Of a stretch of 64,000 bases of DNA, positions 1 through 14,208 are shown in pieces (within the stretch, counting starts at the first letter, position 1; each line of letters starts with the position of its first letter). A model generated the notes under the pieces. The model searched no databases. It had not been told where the DNA came from and saw only the letters and a program-made list of their open reading frames with translations. The stretch covers positions 120,714,001 to 120,778,000 of the forward strand of contig OX597815.1 of NCBI GenBank assembly GCA_951406725.2, read 5' to 3'. The stretch comes from Octopus vulgaris. Lineage: Eukaryota. Made by a program: the position numbers and the translations under genes.

Positions 1-479
1 TGATCACTCCTTATAAATGAAAGACAAAATAGAATTTGTTTCCATGGTATTAGACAAGTCTAAAATGATTTTCAAACATCTTAATCTTGTTAAACAGAAC
101 AATTTGTCCACATCTTTTCGTTCTTCATAGACCTGCTGCAAGGAAAAACATTGGTCTAGTGCATAATGTTTATTTTTATTTATTTATTTATTGCGAACTT
201 GAGAATAACTATAACAAGACCTAACAAAAGAAAAACTTCACAAATTTGCCTCTGTTTTTTCCCGTTAAAATTGATATAAAACGAAAATAAAATTATTACC
301 AAGAAGCGACCTCACAAACCAAATTGCCTAAAATTCTTTCTCGTTCAATAATAATTTCTCTGATTGAATCCCCAAAATATCATTTTACTGGAAAGATGTT
401 TCAAACAAGTTCCTTACAGACACATGTCTACAAGCTAACCCACCACCATCTCCAGCATCCTTTAGGTTCAGGACTACCT

Positions 480-708
480 ATTTTTTTATTACCCACAAGG
501 GACTAAACACAGAGGGGATAAACAAGGACAGACATAGGTATTAAGTCGATTACATCGACCCCAGTGCGTAACTGGTACTTAATTTATCGACCCCGAAGGA
601 TGAAAGGCAAAGTCGACCTCGGCGGAATTTGAACTCACAACGCAACGCAGACGAAATACCGCTAAGCATTTCGCCCGGCGTGCTAACGTTTTTGCCAGCT
701 AGCCGCCT
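480..708 (-). mobile_element. tRNA-derived SINE family A (CpG-intact copy)
   Basis: Minus strand begins GGCGGCTAGCTGGCAAAAACGTTAGC (A-box-like), contains GAGTTCAAATTCC (B box) and has an A-rich tail. Other copies at about 17120-17320, 22460-22640, 32470-32930, 41390-41630, 47465-47780, 48070-48280, 52830-53000, 56650-56872. Confidence 0.85.
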
Positions 709-1393
709 GCTATCCGACCTAAACTGGGACCTTTAGCAGGTTCTGCCACCCCAGTCCAGAGTAGACCTAGGAATAGTGGTGACTAATTGCTAACTCCACA
801 TTCCTCGAATTTCCTGAACTCCCTAGCTGGAGTTTCAAGCCTGATTTCCTTTAAAATATCTGGTCCAGGGCACCATAACAAAAGAGAAATTATCCAAATC
901 TGCAAAAGCTTTATTAAATATTTGCCGATAACGATTGTCTTTAATTTGATTTCACTCTGGTTTTTGTCTGAAGAATAAATATTGTAATTCGGTCTGTAAG
1001 GTTGTATGTACCAGATAAAATATTTTTGCATTTCACGAAAATAAGAACAAATAAAAGTTTAGTCTGAGTCTCTAAATAAGTATGTAAATGCATATAGGCG
1101 CAGGCGTGGCTGTGTGCTTACCAACCACATGGTTCCGGGTTCAGTCTCACTTCGTGGCACCTTGGTCAAGTGTCTTCTACAATAGCCTCGGGCCGACCTG
1201 AGCTTTGTGAATGGATTTGGTAGACAACCTTCTATGCCAATAAACTATTATTGTTCCGGAAAGTTGTTTTTTATACTCACCACGGACTGCTTACTAACTT
1301 CCTACAACTAGATCCTTGGATGTTATAATTATATATCATTGTATACATACATACATACATACATACATACATGCACGCATACATACATACATG

Positions 1394-1468
<75 letters not shown>

Positions 1469-1503
1469 CTGAAATTTATATATAATTGAAATATATATAT
1501 ATA

Positions 1504-1572
1504 TGTAAGAACAACAGGCCTAATATAATGATTTGGGATAGAAAAGAGAAACTGAGAGCAGTTGTGGAAATA
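1504..1572 (+). mobile_element. RLE endonuclease motif fragment
   Basis: CKNNRPNIMIWDRKEKLRAVVEI resembles the (H)NRPDI.....K....(D/E) RLE signature with D changed to N. Confidence 0.55.
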
Positions 1573-2041
1573 TGAAATCATTATCTCACAGTATCTCGAT
1601 ATTATCGCAGTAATTGAAATTTCGATTTTTAGATGATATTTCTCCAGGTATTTGTAGTTTCACGATCTTTGAAATATTTGTTTATAGATAAAACATCGTT
1701 TGACATTGTTAGACATATTAGGAGAAGCAAAGTTTCTTCGATGCTCTTTGAAAATGATATTGGACTCATATTACTTTGTCGGGGGAGTCAGAATATCGTA
1801 CTATATTTTTTGATAAGCAGGCGTAGCTACTTGCATATGGAATACTGTGAAACTTAAGCCTATAACATATACAATGTACGCGCACAATTATGCAATATAT
1901 AAAATTTACAGATTACACGCACAATTAAACAAAATATAAAATGTGCAAGATGCACACACACATACATACAAAGATACATACATGCATGCATACATACATA
2001 CATGCATGCATGCATGCAAGCAAACAAGCAAGCAAGCAAGC

Positions 2042-2042
2042 A

Positions 2043-2129
<87 letters not shown>
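2042..2129 (+). repeat. (GAAA)n microsatellite (representative of dozens of SSR tracts)
   Basis: Direct perfect repeat. The window also has many (TA)n, (CA)n, (TACA)n, (TCTA)n, (TAA)n and (CAT)n tracts. Confidence 0.97.
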
Positions 2130-2410
2130 CTGAAGATCAGTGAAAAAGAGAACACCTATGCTGAACTATTGAGAAATTTGCAGTTACTCTATCTAGATTA
2201 TAAGTTCAGGTTTATAACTGTAACTATTGGAGTACTGCGATATGTAACACACTGCCTAATTACCAATCTTGAGAAATTAGGCTTCTCAAAACCAGAAAGG
2301 ACTACAGATCGAAGACTACAGATCCAATCCATCCTTGGAAATGAAAAATTTGTAAAACTTTCATTTAAATATATATGAGCATGTCTAGATAGAATACATA
2401 CAAATCTACA
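2127..2410 (+). mobile_element. C-terminus of an RLE-type (R4/NeSL-like) non-LTR retrotransposon
   Basis: KLKISEKENTYAELLRNLQLLY..YKFRFI.VTIG.L.YV..CL..NLEKLGF...RLQIQSILG resembles the post-PD-(D/E)xK tail. It ends in (TACA)n. Confidence 0.7.
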
Positions 2411-2795
2411 TACATACATACACACACACATACATACATACATACATACATACATACATACATACATACATACATACATACATACAAAAATACCCTGTTG
2501 TTGATCTTGAAATTCCAATGAAGGAGCCTTGGATCGAGAGTGGAATCCGGCTCTTTCTCTGTTGGCAAGAAATCTTGAAATACAACTGAACAGTAACATA
2601 TATACGTATATATGACCAATGAAGAAGGCTAGCAGGCACAAACTTCGAAGTCACTGTCACCGCTCTTGTAAAAGTATAATAAATATGTAATCTACAAAAA
2701 GCATTGAATAGTCCTTCAGTTTAATGCAAAATTTATATTTATCATAATTCCATTAAAAAAAACATTAATACAAACATACGCGCATATTAGTGTGC

Positions 2796-2873
<78 letters not shown>

Positions 2874-3390
2874 CTACACTGACCCAGTGTTCAGATAATT
2901 ATGTCTACTCAACCGCTAACAAGGTCTGGGGCACAACTGAATGTAACTTCAAAGACATCTCCAGTTTTAATTATTCTGTTATCCATGCATTCAGTTCTGT
3001 AACGAATATCTATTGCCAAAATATGGATAAATAATGTCTTTGCATTTATTAATTTCAATAAGAGGTTTATATTTCAGTGATACATATAATACATTTGCTT
3101 GGTATCGTTTACAGTTTAAAAGAAGGAAGGAAAAAATGTTTAAATTAGAACAGGAATTTTTCTTTTCCTACTGGCTCTTCCCTCTCCGATCTCATTCATT
3201 CCCTTTCACAACCCGTCACTCTCTGCTAAATAGCCATCCGGTTGTAACAAGATGCTATTAATATCTTATTAACTTCAGAGGTTATTCGGGACGAAGTAGA
3301 GTCGCACCACATTCTTTTACAGTCCGGTCCAGAAAGAAAACTAATGCGGCAAGTTGATATATGATACATCACACACACACACGCACACAT

Positions 3391-3484
<94 letters not shown>

Positions 3485-3639
3485 CTGTGTGGTAAGAATC
3501 CTGTTTCCTAACTACGTGGTTCCTGGTTCAGAGCCAGAGGGTGGAACCTTAGGCAAGTGTCTTCTACTATAGTCCCGGGCCGACCAAAGCATGGTGAATG
3601 AATTTGGTAGACGATGAAAGAAGCCTGTTTCATATAAAT

Positions 3640-3682
<43 letters not shown>

Positions 3683-4920
3683 GAAAAAAAAGTGCTGGGG
3701 TCGATTTGCTCGACTAAACACTTCAATGCGGTGCCCCAGCATGGCCGCAGTCCAATGACTGAAATAAGTAAAAGATAAGATACAGGTCGCATAGATGGAT
3801 CTCGGTGGGGTTTCGAGATGCAGATTCAGTTGTTCAGTCAACTGAATTACCTGCTCATTGTATCAACGTATCTGTGTATTCCCAATACACAGTCGCTGTG
3901 TATTCCCCACAAACGTGTACTGTCTTTGCCAAGAAGGCAATCCAAAATTGATTAGATATGATGCAGAAAGTCTGAGCAGCTGCGCCAGAAATGTTTCTCT
4001 CCAAAGCATTTTTTCTTTTCCTATTTTTTTTTGTTACGTTAAGTAAGACTATCAGTTGTCTAGGCAGGCAAGTCTCTGCGTCATTAATGTTGCTCATATG
4101 AAGGGGAAAGTCAATTGTCATCAAATCGCGAAAAAAAAAAAAAACAGAAGAAATACTGCAAGACATTACGTATGAAAGTCTAAGTTCGAAAATATTCTGT
4201 CATGGATTGATACCTTATCGGCCACAAAATAATGAAAAGTAAAACTTACTCTCACTTGAACTCAAACCTCAAAAGATGGGATCAAATAACGAAAGGTTAT
4301 TTATTGATCCGAAGCTCTACAATTCTGCCATATTTTCTTTCATCTAATGTATATATGTGTGCGTATATGTCTCAATACGAGTGTGTGTATGCGTTTGTAT
4401 ATATGAACGTTAACTATGGCACAAATGAAAGGTCAAAAGCCGTCACTCATTATGTCGACTAACGCGAATTAATTAGATATAATAGATGGTTATAGATTAA
4501 TTAGAATTAATCAAAACTAAAATTAAAATTAAAATTAATGAAATTAATTAATTATTTAATTAATATACATGATTGTTTCCAATTAGTTTACACATGCAAT
4601 GATGGCTAAAATCGTTGGGTTTAATCCATTTAAAACTGTTTTGGAAACTGAACACCACTTACGTGCTAGCATTATGTATGTGTGCAAACATGTATGAATA
4701 TGTGTATATGCGTCTCTCTCTCTTATGTATATATATTTACGCACACACATATATATATAATATAATTATATGTGAATGAGTGTGTCTATGTATGATGTGT
4801 GCGTATGTATATAATATGGTGGAGAGGGGGAAAGAATTGAATCTTTCATGGAAAGCCTTCGATTGTTTCTATCCAAAAGGGTTTTTCAATCCAATATTTA
4901 CATGCTACTATTTATAGCTT

Positions 4921-5215
4921 TATACTGGGTAGGGCAGAGAAGACGGATGTTTTTGAAAAATTCACAAAATCATTAATTTTAGCTGCAAATAAATTTTATT
5001 AACATCAATGTGTTCGTATTAACATTTGTCAAAATCAAGTGTGGAAAACAATATCCATCATATAATGTCCGTTTTCATTGATGCATTTCTGAAAGTGTTC
5101 TTGGAAGTTGGCCTCTACTCTTTCCAACATTGCTCTGTCGATCTGGGCGATTTCCACACGAATAGTTTCCTTCAAATCGTCCAATGTATGGGGCTTTGCG
5201 CATACACACGTGAAA
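4921..5215 (-). mobile_element. 3' end of a Tc1/mariner (DD37D/DD41D-like) transposon
   Basis: Minus strand PHTLDDLKETIRVEIAQIDRAMLERVEANFQEHFQKCINENGHYMMDIVFHT*. Possible terminus TA|TACTGGGT at 4921. Confidence 0.65.
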
Positions 5216-7439
5216 TAAACATCAGAGATATTTTTTCCACGCAGAAACTGCTGGGGCTACTCAGGGGTTTTTGCAAGCTCTTCTAAATTTGTCGTGATGA
5301 TGGAAAACCTTCCGTAACGTCAGCAGGATTTTCAAAGCCACAATGATTTTACCCGTTAGCCTATACACATTAACAAGTTCTTTTTGTATCTATGTGGCCC
5401 CACGTCCGGTCCCACTGCATGGCAACTTCAACAAGCTTAAATTTTAATGACCTTGGATTGACTCGTATTTGTAGACGAAATTGAGGAAGACAGAAACTGC
5501 ATAAAAGTCAGTCAGTGGATTGTACTCGTAATTCACACGATACAGTCTCGTTGTCAAGTTGAATCTCCTGAGAATTACATAAAGGATACACATGACTGTG
5601 GAATACTCAGCCACTTATGCCGTTATTCAGGAGCAGGTAATTCAGCTGATCAACCATTTGAATTCTATTCGTTGAACGACGGAGTCCCTCCACCATATGT
5701 ATATATGCGTGCATTTGTGACTGTGGGCGTTAATGGCACTATATAGGTCAAAAAGCTGTGAAAGAACTCAATTTTCACGGAAGAGCGAAAATAATTATCT
5801 TATAGTGTACACAGCACAACTATGGACATGCAGGCTACCATTGGTTTCGTGTATGGATTTGTATTCTATCTAGGGTCTTAGAAATGTAGCTTTAAATTGT
5901 CTTTAGACCTGACTGAAAACCACAACGGTTACTTAATGTAATCTGGAAATATAGGGGAAAAAATGAGAGAGAAAATGATTTATTGATTACATGATAAAGA
6001 AAATCTGGTGATGGTGCCAAGATAAAATGTACTCACTACTCTAAAAGTACGGGCGAATGAACAGATAGATGCTATGGAGGGTGCAAAAGACTTAATGACA
6101 AGATGACGATCTCTGTAGTGCTATTGACGCAATGAAGAGCGCCCGGTGCTCTTTGTAAAATGGATGATGATGGGAATGGTTTCCATCTGTAGAAACCCTG
6201 CCAAAAATGAAACATATGTGGGAAAGCAGTCCTTGACTGAGCTACAACACTAATTTTGAAGAGAAGTCGACTCAGGCAGTGATGACTAGTACCATCCATG
6301 CCAGTATAGAAACGTGGACGTAAGATGATCATACACGCATGCACACATGTAATGAAAAAGATGGCACAGAGATTCAGGAAGAAATTTGCAATCAAATCTT
6401 AGTCATAATTATTTCACTTGCTTTGCTAATTAACACCTTTCGTGGGGTGGGGAAAGATGTCCTCCTCATCATCATTATTTTAATTTCCATTTTTCTATGC
6501 TATGCATGTGTCACCTTAGCAGTCAAAAGTCTTGTCACTATTTGATCACGAAAAAGGTTTGACTCCATTGCAGTCTATTAGTGCATTTCATATATATGTG
6601 CTAGTTTGTTTGCGTGTGAGTGTGAGTGTATGTGTGTGTGTGTGTGTGTGTGTGTATACACTCACATACATATATACAAATATATATATATGTATATATA
6701 ATGGAAATGATATATACATACTGGGGGGGTGTATAGTAATCTATATATTGGATTATGTTGTTATTGCTATATATCCTTCATTTTTACTAAGAGTAAATGG
6801 AATGTGTCACTGATAACAATGGATAAATTCTCTCCCGCTAACTGGACCTTTAAGTTAATCTCTTCTGTCATTCTATTTCTCTTAATCATTTCATCCTGTA
6901 TCACATTTCTCCTCATGCTCTCTTTGTCCATTCTCTTTCCTTTCCTTCATCTTCCATATTCTCTCTATGCTTTTTTCTCTCACTCAAGCTTTTTCTCATT
7001 TTGTCACTTTTGAAGTGAAGTAAATATTTATATTAGATTTTTCCTGTCATTACCAACACTGTTTTTGACCTCAGTTTCTTGACCCTTCTCTACATTAGCT
7101 GGATTAGTTTACAATGCAGTATCTTTCCATATATCTTGATTCATCCCACCCCACCCATCATCTCATCTGAAAGACTCAAAGCTAAGTTGGATCTGTCTGA
7201 AATGCTTTTTTGTATCAAGAATAGGTTTCATCACAAATTCACAGCAATTCTCACCTATAGGCACCGACATGGCTATGTGATGAGAGGCTTGCTTCCCAAC
7301 CACATGGCTCCAGGTTCAGTCCTACTGTGTGATACCTCGGGCAAGTACCTTCTTCTATAGTCTCAGGTCAATCAAATCCTTGTGAGTGGATTTGGTGGAC
7401 AGAAACTGAAAGAAGCTTTCATATATATATATGCTTGAG

Positions 7440-7830
7440 GAGACCTATTGAGTCAAGTACATCAACATCAAAAAATCAAATGGAAAATGTAGTTGTGATA
7501 CCTGTGCCAGTGGCATGTAAAAAGTACCATCTGAACGTGGCCGATGCCAGCGTCGCCTTGACTGGCTTCTGTGCCGGTGGCACATAAAAAGCACTAACCG
7601 ATTGTAGCTGTTGCTAGCCTCGCCTGGCACCTGTGCTGGTGGCATGAAAAGAGCACCCACTACACTCACGGAGTGGTTGGCGTTAGGAAGGGCATCCAGC
7701 TGTAGAAACACTGCCAGATCAGACTGGAGCCTGGCGCAGCCTCCTGGCTTCCCAGACCCTGGTAGAACTATCCAACCCATGTTAGCATGGAGAACAGACG
7801 TTAAACGATGATGATGATGATGATGATGAT
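7440..7830 (+). mobile_element. RTE 3' UTR fragment with (GAT)n tail
   Basis: Matches 20060-20448 (gagtggttggcgttaggaagggcatccagc...gacgttaaacgatgatgat). Similar copies occur at about 8078-8255(+), 24650-24920(-), 27375-27525(-), 39165-39490(+), 41220-41390(-), 51200-51285(+). Confidence 0.88.
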
Positions 7831-8038
7831 ATATATTTATATATATATAATATGATGGAGGGAAAAGGAGTTTTCCTTTAATCCGGAAACCAATTGATAA
7901 GTAATTAAACCTTTTCATGAATCTTTTTCATTTATTTGTCCGAATTCAGTACGTATTTATTGTGATAATTTTAAGTTAAGTTAGAGACATTCATCTTCTT
8001 AAAGCATGTGGCAAAGGCAGTGTACTTATTTGCTTGTC

Positions 8039-8078
<40 letters not shown>

Positions 8079-8261
8079 GGCACGTAAAAAGCACCCACTA
8101 CACTCATGGAGTGGTTGGCGTTAGGAAGGGCATCCAGCTGTAGAAACACTGCCAGATCAGACTGGGCTTGGTGCAGCCTTCTGGCTTCCCAGACCCCAGT
8201 CGAACCGTCCAACCCATGCTAGCATGGAAAGCGGACGTTAAACGATGATGATAATGATATA

Positions 8262-8292
<31 letters not shown>

Positions 8293-8374
8293 TGTATGTA
8301 TATGTATAAAAATTGTATGTATATGCATATGTTTGTGTGTGTGTATATATATGAGTATATGTATATATATACTC

Positions 8375-8427
<53 letters not shown>

Positions 8428-9082
8428 CATATACATATATATACACATACATATATGTATATATATTTGTGTGTGTCTTTATGTTTCCTCTGCCCTCACC
8501 ACTTGGCAACTGGTATTGGTGTGTTTACATCCCTGTAACTTGGTGTTTTGGCAAAGGAGATTGATTGAATAAATACTGGGTTGATAAAAAACGCACTTGG
8601 GTTGATTCATTCCACTAAAAGTTCTTCAAGGTGATGTCCCATCCCACCCTTATAGAATGGCATCCATTCCAGGAGTTGAGAACAAGTTATACTTAAAAGT
8701 TTTTGTTTCCATATGCATTTTTCCATGTTGTTGTTTAGTCACAGGACCAGGCCTGCTTGTGTAGTTCCAAGATCAAAGATATTCCAGCCATGACTATCCT
8801 ATCTGATCAGAGGTGTTCCAGTATTATCTTTATTTATTTATTTTCAGATATGGTTGCAGGCATTGTTGTATGTGTTAAGAAGCTTGTTTTGCAACCATGT
8901 TAATTCAGGTTCAGTCCCACTGTACAACACCTTGAGCAAGTGTCTTCTATAGCCCCAGGCCATCAAATGCCTTATGAGTAAATTTAACTGCTGAAAAATT
9001 GCCCATCATACATGTGCGTGTGTGTGTATATGTGTGCAAGTGTATGAATATGTATATATGTATGTGTGTGTGTGTGTGTGTG

Positions 9083-9386
9083 TATTACTGGTGAAGGCCA
9101 GTTTATAGGGCTACCACAAAGGGTACCTTTATGGCATATCTTCAAACCCTAAGACATGTTGGCCTATGGCCTCTTTAAAACACGGAGGGAGAAATCGATA
9201 TAAACGATTTGGATTCTCTCCCTTTGTTGCTGATAATCCCCATTGTTTATATCTGTATCATTTTCCCCTCCATATTTTAAAGCTGCCGTAGGCCAACTGG
9301 TCTTAGGGTCTGAAAATACACCACAAAGGTACCCTTTATGGTGAGAAACCCAGGGTAACCCTGTAAAGCGGCCTTCACCAGTAATA
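9083..9386. mobile_element. Foldback (palindromic) element
   Basis: TATTACTGGTGAAGGCC...GGCCTTCACCAGTAATA termini. Arms stay complementary for about 130 nt (aaagggtaccttt/aaaggtacccttt, ccctaagac/gtcttaggg). Confidence 0.85.
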
Positions 9387-10499
9387 TAGTCTGCTCTACT
9401 TCTTAGAGTCTGCTTTTTCTCCAGATTTATGATTTTCTATATATATATATATACACACACATACAGACACACACTCACACACATATGCATGTATATATAT
9501 GTGTGTGTATGCATGTGTCTTTGTGTATGTGATTGTTACCGCACCCCACTGCTTCACAACTAATGTTGGATTGCTTACACCCCTATAATTTAGCAGTTCA
9601 TCAAAAGAAGTTGATAGAATATGTACCAGGCTTTAAAAATATTAGTACTGGGATCAAGTTGTTCAACATGTGCCCCAGCATGGCCACAGTCCAATGACTG
9701 AAACAAGTAAAGAATAAAAGAAAAAGATTATCAGGGTACAGGATTTCAAATTATGCTTTAACTGTATTAATCCCATCAGTCTACAGGATGGCTACAAAAT
9801 CATGGTGGTACTGCCCTTCCCAGCTTCAAGAAGCTTATTTCAGATTGTTATCTAATTTTCATTTACTCAGGTTAGTAAATTTTTTATTTAATTGTAATCC
9901 AAATATTTTGTGGTGAGAGTTTTGTCCTTGTAAAATTAAATTAAGTCAGGTTCAAGCAAAAGACAAAATAACTTAATATGTTTCTCCTTTTTTACTTTTT
10001 ATATATATTTCTGAAAGGAAATATTGTCTACATATCAAAAAATAGCATCAAGTTACCTAAATCACCACTAAGATATTTTTAGAATGCAACCTAAATAGGA
10101 TGCAACAAGTTATAATACTTATTATAACCTTGAAATCATTTTATAACATGCAGTAGCATTTTGGCTCCTCTTTGGGGAATTTTTATACAGATTATGATGG
10201 GGATACAACAAAGCACATTTTAATTACATATATGCAAATGAATTTATTTGAATTTTACAATGTCCATACAAACATATGTGCACAGACACACACACCACAT
10301 ACAGAGTTTTATTGGAAAGAAGGTTTGTGGTTTTTGTTGTAGTTTGTTAGTAACAAATCTCTGCCAATCACCTGAAAGACCTTATTTCAGATGTGTAGAT
10401 TATATGTATATAAGATGTAGATTATGTGTATATAAGGTGTAGATTATGTGTGCATATATAACAGAAATACTATTCCAAATGTATTGTTTTATTTGGAGT

Positions 10500-11950
10500 T
10501 TGTGAAAAGACGAGTTTTCTGAATTTTCAGAATTCAAAATTAGGTTGAACCTAATTTTTTGGGATGCAGGTTTTGCAAAGTTATGCAGGAGATGATTATG
10601 TAAGAAGATAATCAGATATTGTATCCTAGTATTTGTAGTGAGGATTATTTACTTGAAATGCATGTGATTATATAATGATTGGTCTTAGTGCTGTTAAAGG
10701 AAACTAGATTGTCATGTCTCCATTGGAGGATGCATTTGAGATCTGTATATGGAAGCAGAGCAAGTCTAGCATGTGGCATATATGGCATATAGATTGCTTG
10801 GTAATAATTTGTGTGTGTGTGTCTGTGTGTGGAAAGTTAAGTTGTGAAGAGTGGTAGCGTCTGCATAAGAATGCAAATATAGTTAGAAATAACAGTATGT
10901 AGATTGTTAGTGTTCAGAAAGAACATCATAGTATATACAACTAAACTAAGATACACTCAAGTTGATAAAAAGGAAAGACCTACCAACACAAACGGCAAAT
11001 AAACAGCCTGAGAAAAAATTTTCTATTATAAAAGATAATAAGTTGATGGATACTATAGACAAGTAACTTATATAGAAAGTTTCTTGTCAGAGACTGTCAA
11101 AAGCTTTATTCATATCAAGTGTAACAATAGTACTTTCACCAGGTTCTGAAGAGTAAGAGAACAATAATTGTGCAACATAAGATAACAAGTAGCTAGTAAA
11201 TTTGGTTGAATGGAAACCATATTGGTGGTCACTGAAAAGGTAGGGTCAAGCTAACAAAGATGTTGGTTGCTTAAGACTGTTTTTAGTCCATAATCTTTTA
11301 GAGGTCAATAAAACTATAGTCGGCTGTGTTACAGAGAATGCTTTTCTTGTGTGTGCTAAACTGTTTCATGTTTCTATAAAACGGAATAGATTCCTATAGA
11401 GAGAGAGAAAGACGAAAGATAGTACAGTTCAACTAATGTAAATAGTGTACATAAAGACTAAAGAGTTTAGTAAAGATGATGAGTGCTAACTCTGAAGCTC
11501 ACTGCTTGAGGACAATGAAAGTTATAACATTAGGAGTGGTTGGATTAGAATAATGATAATCAGAAGATTTTATATATGATGAATGTGCATATATGGTAAG
11601 CGATATGGGTGAAGTGAAGAAGAAGCATTAGGGAGGTGTATGCTTTGTAAATGTATGCAGTGTAGTGTTGCAAGAAAAACTGAACTTTACTAATAGGAGT
11701 AATACTTTCTGGAACCTTTTAAAGGACTGGTTACTTGGAAGAATCTGAAAAGTTTGTAAAGACATATCTTGGCCAGGGACCAGCAAGCAATTTAGGAGAG
11801 AAGAGAGTGTGAAGGCTGTGCAATGTATGTAGGTGCTCATCTTGCAAGCATTGCAGTGATAAATAAATACCTCCTTGTTGGTGATGGTTGGTGACTCCTT
11901 TGATGATGTAAATAGCATTTATTGTGTATATCTGTGAGGTGAGACAGTGT
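10500..11950 (-). mobile_element. Ancient degenerate CR1/L2/Jockey-group LINE RT
   Basis: Minus strand gives LFSDHQYGF, VTLDMNKAFD, HSYADATTLH (decayed YADD) and W...NLVSFNSTKT in the expected order. Boundaries are approximate. Confidence 0.7.
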
Positions 11951-13316
11951 GAGGTTTGGTATTGTAACTTTTCATTGTGTGAAGAATATGAAGGAGTATA
12001 GTGACTCTCTATAAACAGTTGTAAAGATCATTCATTAAACAGGAAACAATTGTATCTTGGCTATTTGTTTCATTGTGTGCCTATGTCTATGTGTAAATAT
12101 TTTATGCCTAATCAAAGATAATAATGCTTTGTCAATTTTTTAATATTATCTCTTGATCAATGCATATTAAAGGTTTAATACATAAAATTACAAATGCTAA
12201 AAAATTTTTTCTAGATTAGAAAAGAAATCCGACCAAAATCACTATTGCTTTTTCTTCTCATTTTGAAAAGAATGAATAAACATGTTAACAACTTAGTAAG
12301 TTACACTTATTAATTAGTTATTTCCTTTACTTTTATGAAATGTTTGCTACAACCATAGTATACCCCTCCAACTCCATCACAGCTCAAAATATAATCAAAA
12401 GAAGAAAATAAACCGTTTGCTTCAGCAACTCATTAGTTTTCCTCTACCAGCCTTGCCATGATTTCAAGTAAATTGCTGAGAGAATTGAAGGAAACCTACT
12501 CTACTTCAACATAGCAAATGAATGGTGGAACTCACAAGAGTACTATGGATCTTGGTGACTCACTGTCAATGTTCCATTTAGTTTCTTTGTTAATCAATGT
12601 CAGATAATTTAATGCTATATTAGTACAGCTGCTGATAATAATGAGCCTGTAAGAATCACAAACTTTGATTCTTTGGAAGTCATTATTAGAAACAGCTTTC
12701 TTCATGTGAAATTATAGCAAAAAACATTAATGTCAATGTTGCAATTAGTAAGTTTGTTTTGAAAGATTTGGAATGAGAGCCATTTATATGATCCATTATT
12801 TAATTACATTTTTTTTAAATTTGCCATTCAAATTGTATGATATTTGATGTTTTAGAATCAAAATTATATTTTTTCAATTTATCCACATAATTTAATTATA
12901 ATAAATTATAATGCATTTCATTGTTTCCCTCTTCGAGGCATTTTAAAATATAGAATAGAGCTTTAGCGACTACAGGTAAAACAATGTGAATTTTAATCCT
13001 TGATTGACATTGTGTTGGTTTTATTTCGGATTTTGACAATTCCATGCCCTAGTTTACCATGGTATATTTACTAAACATTCATAATGAATAAAAGGCTAAC
13101 TTCACTGCAGCAACATTAGAAATCAAAAAGATAAAATTACAAGCTGCATTTTACTTCGATTTTGTATTTATTTTGCAAGATCCTTGATATAAATTTGTAT
13201 CCTTAAATCCTTAAAAATGTTTTAGCATCACACTTTGAGCAAGTGTCTTTTACTATAGCCTTAGGATCACCAAAGCTTTGTGAGGGGATTTGATAGGTGA
13301 AAACTAAAATAACCTG

Positions 13317-13352
<36 letters not shown>

Positions 13353-13979
13353 GTGTGTATTTTTGTTTGTTCCCCACAACCACTTGACATCCAGTGTTAG
13401 TGTGTTTACATCCCCATAACATAGAAGTTCCACAATAAAGACTGATAGAATAAGCACCAGACTTTAAGAATAAAAAACAAAGCGTTGCCCCAACATGACT
13501 GCAGTCCAATGACTGTAACAAGTAAAAGATAGAAGATAAAGTTTCTAGACTATCCAAATAAATAAAATAAAACAGAAAAGACTAGGAAGCAATTTTCAAT
13601 AAAATCAGTAAAATAAGAGCTTGTTAGTTGACCTAAAACTCAATACTAATGGCATGTTTCCTGTTAAGTTTTAGTCATGAAACTGAGTAGATCAACATGT
13701 GTGTGTTGTAATACTTCCCGCATTTTTAACTAAAATAAATCTTTAGTTTGTTTTATGTAAATGGAAATGGTATTTGTACACTGCATAAACAAAATTACTT
13801 CACAAAGCATTGAATGTTACAGAACTGGCATTCTGTAAAATACTTTAAAAAGTTAACTTTTGAAAAATTTGAAACTTGTTTTTCTTTTACATTTATTACA
13901 ATCAACAACCACTCAAAAGTTTTGCTGTTCTTTTCTTTTGTGGTTGTTATTGATGTCCTTCAGCCACCAGTAGCCATGA

Positions 13980-14208
13980 TTAACCCATTCATTACAGTAT
14001 TTATTTTGAGATGCTCTTTGTTTCTTTCAATTATCTTAAATATAACAAAGAATGTAGTAAAATAACTTAATTATCATTAAGCTAGTGTTAGGAACATAAA
14101 TTGTGACTAAGGTTTGGTGGAAGATTTTAATTCAAAACGTATGAAAACAAGACATTTGTACTACAGAGCCTGAACTGGTTTCAGCTGGGTTAGTAACAAA
14201 AGGGTTAA
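13980..14208. mobile_element. piggyBac-like MITE
   Basis: TTAA|CCCATTCATTAC ... GTAACAAAAGGG|TTAA. Related internal sequence occurs in opposite orientation near 30050-30260 and 55015-55165. Confidence 0.6.

Noticed and set aside
1-135. Possible minus-strand exon after a tttttccttgcag acceptor
   Set aside because: The only open frame is short, has no recognisable motif and sits at the window edge.
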